A program made the translations under genes and the position numbers. A stretch of DNA of 64,000 bases. Origin: Anaeromyxobacteraceae bacterium. GTDB taxonomy: Bacteria; Myxococcota; Myxococcia; Myxococcales; Anaeromyxobacteraceae. The DNA lies in contig JASGHJ010000002.1 in the NCBI GenBank assembly GCA_047602405.1, positions 1,248,001-1,312,000 on the forward strand. Reading direction: 5' to 3'. Below are positions 42,983 to 55,368 of the stretch, piece by piece; within the stretch, counting starts at the first letter, position 1; the number at the start of each line of letters is the position of its first letter. The notes below the pieces were generated by a model. The model worked only from the letters and a program-made list of their open reading frames with translations, did not search any database and was not told where the DNA came from.

Positions 42983-43913
42983 GTGGCCGAGGAGAAGAAG
43001 GGCATCGAGGAGGGGGCGCTCGCGCCGGTCGTCGAGGCGCTGTGCCGCGAGGCGACCCGGCTGTCCGGCTTCGCCGCCGACGGCCGCATGGCGCTGCCCT
43101 CGCGGGACGCGGTGATCGGCGTGGTCGAGGACCTCCGCTCCGTGCTGTTCCCGGGCTACTTCGGCACGAGCGACCTCCACGACGAGAGCCTCCACTACTT
43201 CATCGGCGCGACGCTCGCCCGCGCGCTGCGCGCGCTCGAGGCGCAGATCCGCCGCGGCATCGCCTTCGCCGAGCGGCACGACGCGGACACCTGCGGTCAC
43301 TGCGCCGAGCTCGCGACCCGCACGACGCGCGCCTTCCTCGCCCGCCTGCCCGACGTGCGGCGCCTCGCGGCCTCCGACGTCGAGGCCGCCTACGAGGGCG
43401 ACCCCGCGCTCAAGACCCGCGACGAGGCGATCTTCGCGTACCCCGGCATCTTCGCGGTGACGAACCAGCGGCTCGCCCACGAGCTTCTTCGCGATGGACG
43501 TGCCGCTCATCCCGCGCATCATCACCGAGCACGCGCACAGCATCACCGGGATCGACGTCCACCCGGGCGCGCGCATCGGCGAGAAGTTCTTCATCGACCA
43601 CGGCACCGGCGTCGTCATCGGGGAGACCGCGGTCATCGGCAACCGGGTCCGCATCTACCAGGGCGTCACCCTGGGCGCGAAGAGCTTCCCCCTCGACGCG
43701 CAGGGCAACCCGATCAAGGGCGTCGACCGCCACCCCATCGTCGAGGACGACGTGGTGATCTACGCCGGCGCCACCATCCTCGGCCGCATCGTCATCGGCC
43801 GCGGCTCGTCGATCGGCGGCAACGTGTGGGTGACCCAGAGCGTGGCCCCGAACTCCCGGGTCACGCAGGTCCAGGCGCGCGAGGCCCCGTTCGGCGACGG
43901 CGGCGGCATATAG
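42983..43913 (+). CDS. cysE: Serine O-acetyltransferase (CysE/EpsC type), +1 frameshift at ~43485
   Basis: [18 protein letters not shown]...[41 protein letters not shown]. Confidence 0.9.
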
Positions 43914-43940
43914 AACGCAGTTCCCCCTCCAGGAGGCACC

Positions 43941-44588
43941 TTGGCTCACCATCCGTGGCACGACGTGGAGCTTCCCCGCTACATCGAGGAGCCGATCCCG
44001 GCGATCATCGAGATCTCGACCGGCTCGAAGGTGAAGTACGAGCTCGACAAGAAGTCCGGGCTCCTCCTCGTCGACCGCATCCTCTTCTCGTCGGTCCACT
44101 ACCCGGCGAACTACGGCTTCGTGCCGCGCACCTACTGCGACGACGGCGACCCGCTCGACATCCTGGTGCTCTGCTCCGAGCCCATCCAGCCGCTCTCGAT
44201 CATGCGCGCGAAGCTCATCGGCGTGATGAAGATGCGCGACGAGAAGGGCGAGGACGACAAGCTCATCGCCGTGCACGCCGACGACCCGAACTACCAGGAG
44301 TACGGCGACGTCTCGGAGATCCCGGCCCACCGCCTGCGCGAGCTGAAGCGCTTCTTCGAGGACTACAAGACCCTCGAGCACAAGAAGGTCGAGGTCGCCG
44401 AGCCGCAGGGCCGCTCCGCCGCGCTCCAGGTCCTGCGCGACGCGATCAAGCTCTACGATCAGGAGATCGACCGGCTCGTGGGCGTCCCCGCCGACGGCCC
44501 CCCGAAGCCGCGCTCGAAGGACCGCAAGCCCGTGAAGGGCGCGAAGGCCGCGAAGGCGGCGAAGCCGGCGAAGGGCAAGCGCGGGTAG
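43941..44588 (+). CDS. ppa: Inorganic pyrophosphatase
   Basis: HPWHD, KYELDK, YPANYGFVPRT..DDGDPLD, DDKLIAV, FFEDYK. Confidence 0.95.
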   Translation: MAHHPWHDVELPRYIEEPIPAIIEISTGSKVKYELDKKSGLLLVDRILFSSVHYPANYGFVPRTYCDDGDPLDILVLCSEPIQPLSIMRAKLIGVMKMRDEKGEDDKLIAVHADDPNYQEYGDVSEIPAHRLRELKRFFEDYKTLEHKKVEVAEPQGRSAALQVLRDAIKLYDQEIDRLVGVPADGPPKPRSKDRKPVKGAKAAKAAKPAKGKRG

Positions 44589-44643
44589 GGCAGCACCGGG
44601 CGGCGTCGCGAACCCTCTCGCCGCCGCCCGGCTCTCACGGGCG

Positions 44644-44856
44644 ATGCCGATCTACGAGTACGCCTGCACCCCCTGTGCGAGGTCCTTCGAGGAGCTCGTG
44701 ATCCGCAAGAGCGACGAGGCCGAGGTCCGCTGCCCGACCTGCGGCAGCCCGGACGTCGCCCGCCAGATGTCCCGGCCCGCCTCGGTGGGCGGCGGCGGGG
44801 GCGGGGAGCCGTACGGCGGCGGGCGCTCCGCGCCCTCCTGCGGCCCGATCGGTTGA
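44644..44856 (+). CDS. FmdB family zinc-ribbon protein
   Basis: MPIYEYACTPC...FEEL...CPTCGS. Confidence 0.88.
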   Translation: MPIYEYACTPCARSFEELVIRKSDEAEVRCPTCGSPDVARQMSRPASVGGGGGGEPYGGGRSAPSCGPIG

Positions 44857-45005
44857 GGCATCTGACCCCTCGCCCGGTCGGGCGAGTCGCGCAGGGCCGC
44901 GCGGGCCGCCCGGCAACATCGGGCGAAATCGGGCTCACCCGCGCCCACATCCCGGCGGCCCGCCGCGCACTTCGGCGCGCCGACCGCCCGGGGTAGACTC
45001 CGCGC

Positions 45006-46837
<1,832 letters not shown>

Positions 46838-46841
<4 letters not shown>

Positions 46842-48364
46842 ACACGCTCGCGCGCGAGATCGCGGAGCTCTGGTCGGCGGGCACCCCGCTCGTCTACGTC
46901 GTCACCAGCGAAGAGGACCGGGCGGTCGCCACCTGCCGCGCCGCCGCGGCGGGCTTCGGCGCGCGCTGCGCGGTCTGGTCGAGCTTCCGCGGCCTCGAGG
47001 GCATCGCCCCGGCCGCGAAGGACGCCCCGGCGCTGCTCGACGCCGTGCTGCGCGCCCCGGCGCCGATCCTGGTCGCCGCGCTCGATCTCCACGTCGCGCT
47101 CGCCGATCCCGCGGTCGCGCGCCAGCTGCGCGACGCCTTCCCGAAGCTGGCCGCGGAGGGGCGTTGCCTCGTCGTGGTCGCGCCCCGGCTCGCGCTGCCC
47201 GACGGCCTGGCCTCGGAGGCGGCGGTGCTGCGCCTCCCGCTGCCCGACGACGAGGAGCTCGCGGCGGTGCTCGAGCGCGTGCTCGCCGGGATGGGCCCCG
47301 CCGCCCAGGCGAAGGGCCAGCCGGCGCCGCCGCTGGCCCCGGAGCTCCGGCACCGCGCGCTCGTCGCGGCGCGGGGGCTCTCGGAGGCCCAGGCCCGCCG
47401 CGCCTTCACCCGCGCGCTGCGCGCCGACCCGGCGTTCGGCCACGCCGGCCAGGCGGTGATCGCCGCGGAGAAGAAGCGGCTCCTCGCCCGCGACCTCGGC
47501 CTCGAGCTCGTGGAGAGCGCGGAGACCCCCGAGGACCTCGGCGGCCTGCCCGCGTTCAAGCAGTGGATGGACGAGCGCGCGCTCGCCTTCGACGCCGACG
47601 CCTCGCGCTACGGCCTGCCGCCCCCGCGCGGCGTGCTGCTCGTGGGCGTGCAGGGCTGCGGGAAGTCGCTCGCCGCGAAGGCGGCGGCGGCCCGGCTCGG
47701 CGTGCCGATCCTCCGGCTCGACCTCCCGCGCGTGCTCGGCGGGGCGGGGCAGGCCGAGGAGCGGCTCGCCCTCGCGCTCGAGGCGGCGGAGGCGCTCTCG
47801 CCGGTGGCGCTGTGGGTGGACGAGATCGAGAAGGGCTTCGCGGGCAGCTCGCCGTCCGACGGGGCCGATCCCCGCGCGGCGCGCCTCCTCGGCGCGTTCT
47901 CGACCTGGCTGCAGGAGCGGCGCGGACCGGTGTTCGTGGTCGCGACCGCGAACGACGTGTCCCGGCTGCCGCCCGAGCTGTTGCGCCGCGGCCGCTTCGA
48001 CGAGCTGTTCTTCGTGGACCTGCCCGACCCGGAGGCACGGCGGGAGATCCTCGAGCTGCACCTCCGGCGCCGCGGCCGCGCGCCGGAGGGGCTCGACGTC
48101 GGCGCCATCGCCGAGCTCACCGGGGACTACTCCGGCGCGGAGCTCGAGCAGATCGTGGTCGGCGGGCTCCACCGCGCGTACGCGCTCGGCCGCGAGGTCG
48201 AGACCGGGGACCTCCGCCGCGTGGCGCAGGATCTCGTGCCGCTGTTCCGGACCTACGAGGAGCAGATCAAGGCGCTCCGCGAGTGGTCGCGCGGGCGCGC
48301 CCGGGTGGCCGGCCGCGCCGGCGCGGTGGTGGATCTCTTCCGGCGCGCGACGCAGGGTGCCTGA
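46838..48364 (+). CDS. Ycf46-like AAA+ ATPase
   Basis: GVQGCGKSL (Walker A), LWVDEIEKG (Walker B), LPPELLRRGRFDELFFVDLP; GTGA overlap with the upstream gene. Confidence 0.88.
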
Positions 48365-48366
48365 CC

Positions 48367-50439
48367 GTGGCGAGCGGCGACCCGAGGCCCGGGAAGCCGT
48401 TCCCGCTCGGCGCCGCGCCGACGCCCGAGGGCACGAACTTCTCGGTCTGGGCCCGCGACGCGGCCCGGCTCGAGCTGTGCCTGTTCGACCGGGCGGAGGA
48501 CGCGCGCCCGAGCCGGGTGGTCGCGCTCGATCCGCGCCAGCACCGCACCTACCACTACTGGCACGTGTTCCTGCCGGGCGTGGGCGCCGGCCAGCGCTAC
48601 GGCTGGCGGGCGCACGGGCCGTTCGACCCCGCCCACGGCCTGCGCTTCGACGGGGAGAAGCTGCTCCTCGATCCCTACGGCCGGGCGGTGGACCTGCCGC
48701 CCACCTACGACCGGCAGGCGGCCGCCGCCCGCGGCGACAACGCGGGCAAGGCCATGAAGTCGGTGGTGGCCGACCTCTCGCGCTACGACTGGGAGGGCGA
48801 CGAGCCGCTGCGCCGGCCCTTCGTGCGGACGGTCGTGTACGAGGCGCACGTGCGCGGCTTCACGCGCCACCCGGGCTCGGGCGTGGCCGAGGCGCGGCGC
48901 GGCACCTACGCCGGCTTCGTCGAGAAGCTCCCGCACCTCGTGGCGCTCGGGGTCACGGCGGTGGAGCTGTTGCCGGTGTTCGCCTTCGATCCGCAGGACG
49001 CGCCGGCCGGGCGGACCAACTACTGGGGCTACTCGCCGGTGTCGCTCTTCGCGCCGCACCCGGGCTACGCGGTGGGCGGCGACCCGCTCGGCGCGGTCGA
49101 CGAGCTCAGGGACCTCGTGAAGGCCTGCCACCGGGCGGGCCTCGAGGTGATCCTCGACGTCGTCTACAACCACACCGCCGAGGGCGACGAGCACGGCCCC
49201 ACGCTCTCCTGGCGCGGCCTCGACAACCGCTCCTACTACCTGCTCGACCAGGACTGGTCGAGGTACGCGAACTACACCGGGACCGGCAACACGCTGAAGG
49301 CCCACCACCCGACGGTGCGCCGGCTCATCCTCGACTCGCTCCGCCACTGGGCCTGCGACCTCCACGTCGACGGCTTCCGCTTCGACCTCGCCTCGATCCT
49401 CTCGCGCGACGAGGCGGGCAACCCGCTCGCCGACGCGCCCATCGTGTGGGAGATCGAGAGCGAGCCCGTGCTCGCCGGGACGAAGCTCATCGCCGAGGCC
49501 TGGGACGCGGCCGGCATGTACCAGGTCGGCCGCTGGGTCGGGGACGCCTGGAAGGAGTGGAACGGACGGTTCCGCGACGACGTCCGCGACTTCGTGCGCG
49601 GCGCGCCGGGCACCGTGAGCCGGTTCGCGAACCGGCTCGTCGCGAGCCCCGACCTCTACGAGCAGGAGGCGCGCGAGCCCGAGCAGAGCGTCAACTTCGT
49701 CACCTGCCACGACGGCTTCACCCTCGAGGATCTCGTCTCGTACGACGTGAAGCACAACGAGGCGAACGGGGAGGGGAACCGCGACGGCGCCGACGACAAC
49801 CGCTCCTGGAACTGCGGGGTGGAGGGGCCGAGCGACGACCCCGCGGTGGAGCGGCTGCGCGTGCGGCAACAGAAGAACCTCCTCGCGGTGACCCTGCTCT
49901 CGGCGGGCGTGCCGATGCTCACCATGGGCGACGAGGCCCGCCGCACCCAGCGCGGGAACAACAACGCCTGGTGCCAGGACTCCGAGCTGTCCTGGCTCGA
50001 CTGGTCGCTCATGGAGCGGCACGCCGGGCTGGTCCGCTTCGTGCGCGAGCTCGTGCGGCTGCGCTGCGCGGAGATGCCGCTCGTCGACGCGGGCGCGACC
50101 CTGCGGGAGACGTTCGATCTCTGGAAGGTCGAGTGGCACGGGGTGCGCCTGTGGGCGCCGGACTGGTCGGAGGGGTCGCGCTCCATCGCGATGGGGTTCA
50201 CCTCGCGCGACGGCGACGCGCGCCTGCACGCCATCTTCAACGCCTACTGGGAGCCGCTCTGGTTCGAGCTGCCCCCGGCGCAGCGGGGCTGGCGGCTCCT
50301 CGTCGACACCGCGCTGCCCGCGCCGCACGACGCGCCGGGCTGGGCGGACGGGCCGATGATGCCGGGCCCGACCTACCGGGCCGAGGCGCGCAGCGTCGTG
50401 GTGCTCGGGACGGGCGAGCAGTCCGGTCCCCGGGGCTGA
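48367..50439 (+). CDS. glgX: Glycogen debranching enzyme (GH13 isoamylase)
   Basis: PFPLGA, NYWGYSP, ILDVVYNHTAEG, VDGFRFDLAS, IAEAWD, NFVTCHDGFTL. Confidence 0.95.
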   Translation: MASGDPRPGKPFPLGAAPTPEGTNFSVWARDAARLELCLFDRAEDARPSRVVALDPRQHRTYHYWHVFLPGVGAGQRYGWRAHGPFDPAHGLRFDGEKLLLDPYGRAVDLPPTYDRQAAAARGDNAGKAMKSVVADLSRYDWEGDEPLRRPFVRTVVYEAHVRGFTRHPGSGVAEARRGTYAGFVEKLPHLVALGVTAVELLPVFAFDPQDAPAGRTNYWGYSPVSLFAPHPGYAVGGDPLGAVDELRDLVKACHRAGLEVILDVVYNHTAEGDEHGPTLSWRGLDNRSYYLLDQDWSRYANYTGTGNTLKAHHPTVRRLILDSLRHWACDLHVDGFRFDLASILSRDEAGNPLADAPIVWEIESEPVLAGTKLIAEAWDAAGMYQVGRWVGDAWKEWNGRFRDDVRDFVRGAPGTVSRFANRLVASPDLYEQEAREPEQSVNFVTCHDGFTLEDLVSYDVKHNEANGEGNRDGADDNRSWNCGVEGPSDDPAVERLRVRQQKNLLAVTLLSAGVPMLTMGDEARRTQRGNNNAWCQDSELSWLDWSLMERHAGLVRFVRELVRLRCAEMPLVDAGATLRETFDLWKVEWHGVRLWAPDWSEGSRSIAMGFTSRDGDARLHAIFNAYWEPLWFELPPAQRGWRLLVDTALPAPHDAPGWADGPMMPGPTYRAEARSVVVLGTGEQSGPRG

Positions 50440-50480
50440 GGCGGCTCCCCCGCGCCGCCGGCCGACGCTAGGATGGGGCG

Positions 50481-51146
50481 ATGCCCCCCTTCACGTTCCG
50501 CCCGCTGACGCCCGACCGCTGGCCGGACCTCGAGCGCCTGTTCGGCCCGAACGGCGCCTGCGAGGGCTGCTGGTGCACCTTCTTCCGGTACCCGAAGCCG
50601 GAGTGGCGCACCGGGAAGGGGGAGGGGAACCGCGCGCGGCAGCGCGCGTACGTGGACGCGGGCCACGTGCCCGGGCTCCTCGCGTACGACGGCGACGCGC
50701 CGGTGGGCTGGGTGGCGGTCGAGCCGCGCGAGGCCTACCCGGTCGTGCTCGCCTCGCGGCTCACGCGGCCGGGGCCCGGGCGCGAGGCCGGGGGCACGTG
50801 GGCCATCACGTGCTTCTACGCCCCGCGGGCCTCCCGCGGCCGCGGGCTCATGCGCGCCCTCGTCGACGCGGCGGTCGCGCACGCGCGGGCGGGGGGCGCC
50901 GCGCGCGTGGAGGCGTACCCGGTCGATCCCGACGGCCGCACCGACGCGGGCGCGCTCTACCACGGCCACGCGCGCGTCTTCCGCGCCGCCGGGTTCCGCG
51001 TGCTCGGGCGGCCGTCCCCGGCCCGCGCGATCGTGGTGCGCGAGCTCAGCGCCCCGCGAGGCCGGCGAGCACCCGCTCGTGCACGAGCCCGTTCGACGCC
51101 ACGCACGCGCCGGAGCCGATCGTCGCCTTCCCGTCGAAGTCGGTGA
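50481..51146 (+). CDS. GNAT family acetyltransferase
   Basis: GACEGCWC, ITCFY...RGRGLMRALV, VEAYP; C-terminus overlaps the convergent gene. Confidence 0.85.
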   Translation: MPPFTFRPLTPDRWPDLERLFGPNGACEGCWCTFFRYPKPEWRTGKGEGNRARQRAYVDAGHVPGLLAYDGDAPVGWVAVEPREAYPVVLASRLTRPGPGREAGGTWAITCFYAPRASRGRGLMRALVDAAVAHARAGGAARVEAYPVDPDGRTDAGALYHGHARVFRAAGFRVLGRPSPARAIVVRELSAPRGRRAPARARARSTPRTRRSRSSPSRRSR

Positions 51147-51837
51147 ACCGGCCGCCGGCCTCCTCGACGAGGATCTTGAGCGGCCCGAGGTCCCACACCT
51201 GCACGCCGGCCTCGACCCACGCCTCGGCCTGGCCCTTCAGCACGAGCGCGCACCCGGCGATGTCGCCGTAGCAGCGCGCGGTCTGCGCCGTGAGCGCGAG
51301 CGCGGCGACGCGCTCGAGGTACGGCGGGCGGAAGAGCACGTGCGGCTCGCCGAGCGAGAGGGTCGCGTCCTCCCACGCCGAGATCGCGGAGACCCGCAGG
51401 CGCGCCGGCTCGCCGTCCCCCGTCCTCAGCCACGCGCCGTGGCCCTTCGCCGCCCAGTAGGTCTCGCCGAGCGGCGGCAGCGCCATCGCCCCCGCGACGA
51501 TCTCGCCCTCGACCTCGAGCGCGACGAGCGGGCCCCAGAAGCCGCGGCCGCGGGTGAAGCCCTTCGTGCCGTCGACCGGGTCGACGATCCAGCGCGCGGG
51601 CGCCGTGCCGGCGCGCGCGCCGGTCTCCTCGCCGAGGAAGCCGTGGTCGGGGAAGGCCGCGGCGACCACCCGCTGCACCGCGGCCTCGGCCTCGCGATCG
51701 GCGATCGTCACCGGCGTGCGGTCGGGCTTCTTCTCGACGCGCACGCCCTTCTGGAAGTGGACCATGGCGGCGGCGGAGGCGGCCTCCGCGGCGCGGCGGG
51801 CGACGTCCATGGCGTGGGCGAGGTCGAGGGGGCTCAT
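51046..51837 (-). CDS. Inositol monophosphatase family (histidinol-phosphatase HisN-like)
   Basis: TPVTIADREAE, GFLGEE, WIVDPVDGTKGF, WDLG...VEEAGG. Confidence 0.9.
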   Translation of the reverse strand: MSPLDLAHAMDVARRAAEAASAAAMVHFQKGVRVEKKPDRTPVTIADREAEAAVQRVVAAAFPDHGFLGEETGARAGTAPARWIVDPVDGTKGFTRGRGFWGPLVALEVEGEIVAGAMALPPLGETYWAAKGHGAWLRTGDGEPARLRVSAISAWEDATLSLGEPHVLFRPPYLERVAALALTAQTARCYGDIAGCALVLKGQAEAWVEAGVQVWDLGPLKILVEEAGGRFTDFDGKATIGSGACVASNGLVHERVLAGLAGR

Positions 51838-52072
51838 GGCGCGAGTCTAGTCGAGATCGGCGCGCCCGAGCGGCGACCGAGCGTGCCGGCGCCCCCGGCG
51901 TGACCGAGGGTGATCCCGCCGGCCGTGCGGCGAGTCCCGCTCGCTGCTCGGCGCGGCCCGGCGCCGGATCCGCCCGGCCGCGGCGGAATGCCCGCGGCTA
52001 CCTTCCACTCGAGCCCTGACCCGCGCGAGCGCCGCCTGCCCGTGCGGGGTCCAGCGGCCGAACGGAGGAACC

Positions 52073-55000
52073 ATGAAGCGAGCCCTGACGTGCCTCGCGC
52101 GCCTCGCCACCCTCGTGCTCGTCACGGGGACGGCGTCGGCGCAGACCACCGGCACCCTGATCGGCGTCGTGACCGACGCGGCGACGGGGAAGCCCGTCGC
52201 CGGCGCCGTCGTCATCGCCACGAGCCCCGCCCTCCAGGGCGAGCAGACGGCGGTGACCGACGGCAACGGCAACTACCGCATCACGCTCCTGCCCCCGGGC
52301 GAGTACAAGCTCTCGGTCCAGCTCGAGGGGTTCAAGCCCTCCGAGCGGGCGGACATCCGCCTGTCGATGGACAAGGTCCTCCGCGCCAACCTGGCCGTCG
52401 TCCCCGAGGCCGTGCAGATGGAGGAGCAGCTCGTGCGCACCGGCACGGCGCCGGTGGTGAACGTGGGCTCCGCCGAGGCGGGGGCGGTCATCTCGAGCGA
52501 GTTCGTCTCCTCGGTGCCGATCGGGCGCAACTTCGAGCAGATCGCGCTGGTCGCCCCGACCGCCACCGCCGACGCGTTCGGCACGAGCTTCGCGGGCGCG
52601 GGCTCCCCCGAGAACGCCTACATCCTCGACGGCCTCACCGTGAGCGACCCGACCTTCGGGAACAACAACGCGCTCATGCTCTCGAACTTCGTCCAGGAGA
52701 TCGACGTCAAGACCGGGAACTTCTCGGCCGAGTACGGCCGCGCGACCGGCGGCGTGGTGAACGTGGTCACGAAGTCGGGCTCGAACGAGCTCCACGGCTC
52801 TGTGTTCGGGAACTTCTCGCCCTCGTGGCTCGTGCAGCCGGACGGCAAGGTCGGCGGCAACGACGGCGAGGCGATCGGGTTCCGGTCGACCCCGCGCAAG
52901 GGCGACCTCGACCTCGACTTCGGCTTCGAGGTGGGCGGCCCGATCATGAAGGACCGGCTCTGGTTCTTCGCCGGGTTCGCGCCGGTGCTCACCGAGCGGA
53001 ACGGCGACCGCTTCTACCGGGCGAACGTGCTCGACGGGAGCGGGAACATGCAGCGCGACGCGGACGGGTTCGTGGTGAACCAGAAGATCCAGGGCACCGA
53101 CCAGTACTACAAGGCCACCACCACGACCTACCAGTTCGCCGGGAAGCTCACGTTCCTCGTCGACGAGAACAACCAGCTCTCCGCCTCGGCGTACGGCACC
53201 CCCACGAACGGCACGACCATCAACTCGGTCCTGGGCGAGTCGACGCGGCGGTACCTCGACACCGACACCGGCTCGACGAACGGCCTCGCCCGGTACGCCG
53301 GCAAGTTCCTCGACAAGCGGCTCATCGTGGAGGGGCTCGTCGGCTACCACCGGTCGGCGGTGAACGACCGGACCACCGGCCCCGGCCGCACGCTGCCCCA
53401 GATCCAGTGGCGGCAGCCGACCCAGCTCACCGCGTTCAACGTCGCGGCCTCGGACGGCAAGGTCTACGAGCCGCTCTCCGCGGCGGCGGTCGCGGCCTGC
53501 TCCGGCGACCCCGACCTCTGCTGGATGACGAACTACACGACGGGCGGCGTGGGCCCGGCGGCGGACTACACCTCCGACCGCCTCAAGACCACCTTCTCGG
53601 CGGCGTACCTCCTCGACGCGTTCGGCTCCCACAACGTGAAGGCGGGCGTCGATCTCGAGCGGATGTCCTACGACGTGACGAAGTGGTACTCGGGCGGCGT
53701 CATCCTGCGCGCCGACTCGGCCACCGCCTCGAACGATCTCACGATGCTGCGCGGCTACGCCCGCGTCCTCGACGACGCCGGCAACCCGGCCCTGACCGGC
53801 AACACGCTCGAGTGGCTCCCGGTCTCGAAGTCGCAGTCGGTCAACAACTCCTTCGCGTACTACGTGCAGGACGCGTGGACCCTGAGGAACACCGGCGTGA
53901 CGCTCCAGGCGGGCCTGAGGCTCGAGACCCAGACCATGGAGGCCACGAACAAGGGCGGCGTGCGCGGGATCGACGTGACGAACATGTGGTCCCCGCGCGT
54001 GCAGGGGGTCTGGGACTTCACCGGCACCGGCCGCGGCAAGCTCGGCGTCGCGTACGGCCGCTTCTACTACGCGATCCCGCTCGACATGGGCGACCGCGCC
54101 TTCGGCAACGAGCAGCAGGCCTCCACGGGCTGGAACTGCGACCAGGCCCTCACGCCTTCCTCGCTCACCCGCGACCCGCGCGCGCAGGCGTCCTGCGCGA
54201 TCGAGGCGGGCTGGGCCGACGGTACGAACGCGTACGCCAACACCGGCGGCATCACGCCCGTCCAGAAGGGCCTGAAGGGCATCTACGACGACCAGTTCGG
54301 CGCACAGCTCGAGTACGAGCTCCTCGCCGACCTCTCGGTCGGGCTCGACTACCAGGGCCGCCGGCAGGGCTCGATGATCGAGGACATGTCGGACGACGAC
54401 GGCACCACCTACTTCATCGCGAACCCGGGGCAGGGGAACCCGTTCCCCGCCACCTACCTGCCGGGCACCGCGAACTCCTTCACGGTCACGAAGAACCCGA
54501 AGGAGGTCACCGCGCTCGACACGTTCACCCGCCGCACCGTGAACGTGAAGATGCCGGCGCCGGTCCGCGACTACGACGCCCTCACCTTCAAGCTCACGAA
54601 GCAGTTCTCGAAGAACTGGCTCGCGCAGGCCTCGTACACGTACTCCTCGCTGGTGGGGAACGTGGCGGGCGTGTTCGATCCCATCACCGGCCAGCTGGAC
54701 CCCGGCATCAACGCGGAGTACGACCTCGCGACGCTGATGGCCAACAAGAAGGGGCGCCTGCCCGGCGACCGGCCGCACGCGTTCAAGGCGTTCGGCGCCT
54801 ACGGGTTCCAGGTGAACCCGAAGGCACGCCTGACGACCTCGGCGGCGTTCACCGCCACGTCCGGCACGCCGATCGGCGCGAACGGCCGCCACCCGCTCTA
54901 CGGCAACGGGTACGCGTACATCGTGCAGCGCGGCGGCGCGGGGCGCACGCCCTTCAACACCCAGCTCGATCTCGGCGGGCGCTTCGAGTACACGATCACG

Positions 55001-55309
55001 CCCCCGTACGCGGTGAAGGTCTCGGTCGACGTCTTCAACGTGCTCAACACCCAGGACACCCTCGCCCTCGACACGAACTACACGTTCGACAACGTCCAGG
55101 TCGTCTCGAACATCAAGTGCGACACGAACGCGGGCGGGGCGAAGGACCCGATCTCGCACCTGCAGAACGCCTGCCCGCAGCTCAAGTACCTGAAGACCGT
55201 CGACGGGCGCCCCGTCACGGTGAACCCGAGCTACGGCCGGCCGTTCGGCGCCGCGCCGTCGTTCCAGGCGCCGCTCTCGCTGCGGATCGGCGTGGCGCTG
55301 ACGTTCTGA
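52073..55309 (+). CDS. Oar-like TonB-dependent receptor
   Basis: SD GGAGG; signal peptide; SAEYGRATGGVVNVVTKSGSNE, YYVQDAW; terminal F (LRIGVALTF). Confidence 0.92.
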   Translation: MKRALTCLARLATLVLVTGTASAQTTGTLIGVVTDAATGKPVAGAVVIATSPALQGEQTAVTDGNGNYRITLLPPGEYKLSVQLEGFKPSERADIRLSMDKVLRANLAVVPEAVQMEEQLVRTGTAPVVNVGSAEAGAVISSEFVSSVPIGRNFEQIALVAPTATADAFGTSFAGAGSPENAYILDGLTVSDPTFGNNNALMLSNFVQEIDVKTGNFSAEYGRATGGVVNVVTKSGSNELHGSVFGNFSPSWLVQPDGKVGGNDGEAIGFRSTPRKGDLDLDFGFEVGGPIMKDRLWFFAGFAPVLTERNGDRFYRANVLDGSGNMQRDADGFVVNQKIQGTDQYYKATTTTYQFAGKLTFLVDENNQLSASAYGTPTNGTTINSVLGESTRRYLDTDTGSTNGLARYAGKFLDKRLIVEGLVGYHRSAVNDRTTGPGRTLPQIQWRQPTQLTAFNVAASDGKVYEPLSAAAVAACSGDPDLCWMTNYTTGGVGPAADYTSDRLKTTFSAAYLLDAFGSHNVKAGVDLERMSYDVTKWYSGGVILRADSATASNDLTMLRGYARVLDDAGNPALTGNTLEWLPVSKSQSVNNSFAYYVQDAWTLRNTGVTLQAGLRLETQTMEATNKGGVRGIDVTNMWSPRVQGVWDFTGTGRGKLGVAYGRFYYAIPLDMGDRAFGNEQQASTGWNCDQALTPSSLTRDPRAQASCAIEAGWADGTNAYANTGGITPVQKGLKGIYDDQFGAQLEYELLADLSVGLDYQGRRQGSMIEDMSDDDGTTYFIANPGQGNPFPATYLPGTANSFTVTKNPKEVTALDTFTRRTVNVKMPAPVRDYDALTFKLTKQFSKNWLAQASYTYSSLVGNVAGVFDPITGQLDPGINAEYDLATLMANKKGRLPGDRPHAFKAFGAYGFQVNPKARLTTSAAFTATSGTPIGANGRHPLYGNGYAYIVQRGGAGRTPFNTQLDLGGRFEYTITPPYAVKVSVDVFNVLNTQDTLALDTNYTFDNVQVVSNIKCDTNAGGAKDPISHLQNACPQLKYLKTVDGRPVTVNPSYGRPFGAAPSFQAPLSLRIGVALTF

Positions 55310-55329
55310 GCCGCCCGGGTGGCCGGCGG

Positions 55330-55353
55330 TCCACGCGCCGGGCGGCGCGTGGA
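55330..55353. terminator. Hairpin between convergent genes
   Basis: TCCACGCGCC-GGGC-GGCGCGTGGA perfect 10-bp stem; no U tract. Confidence 0.45.
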
Positions 55354-55368
55354 TCGTCCGGCCAGGGG

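Noticed and set aside
51838..52072. Cobalamin riboswitch upstream of the Oar-like TBDR
   Set aside because: No B12-box or GGGAA/GCCACTG consensus is visible.
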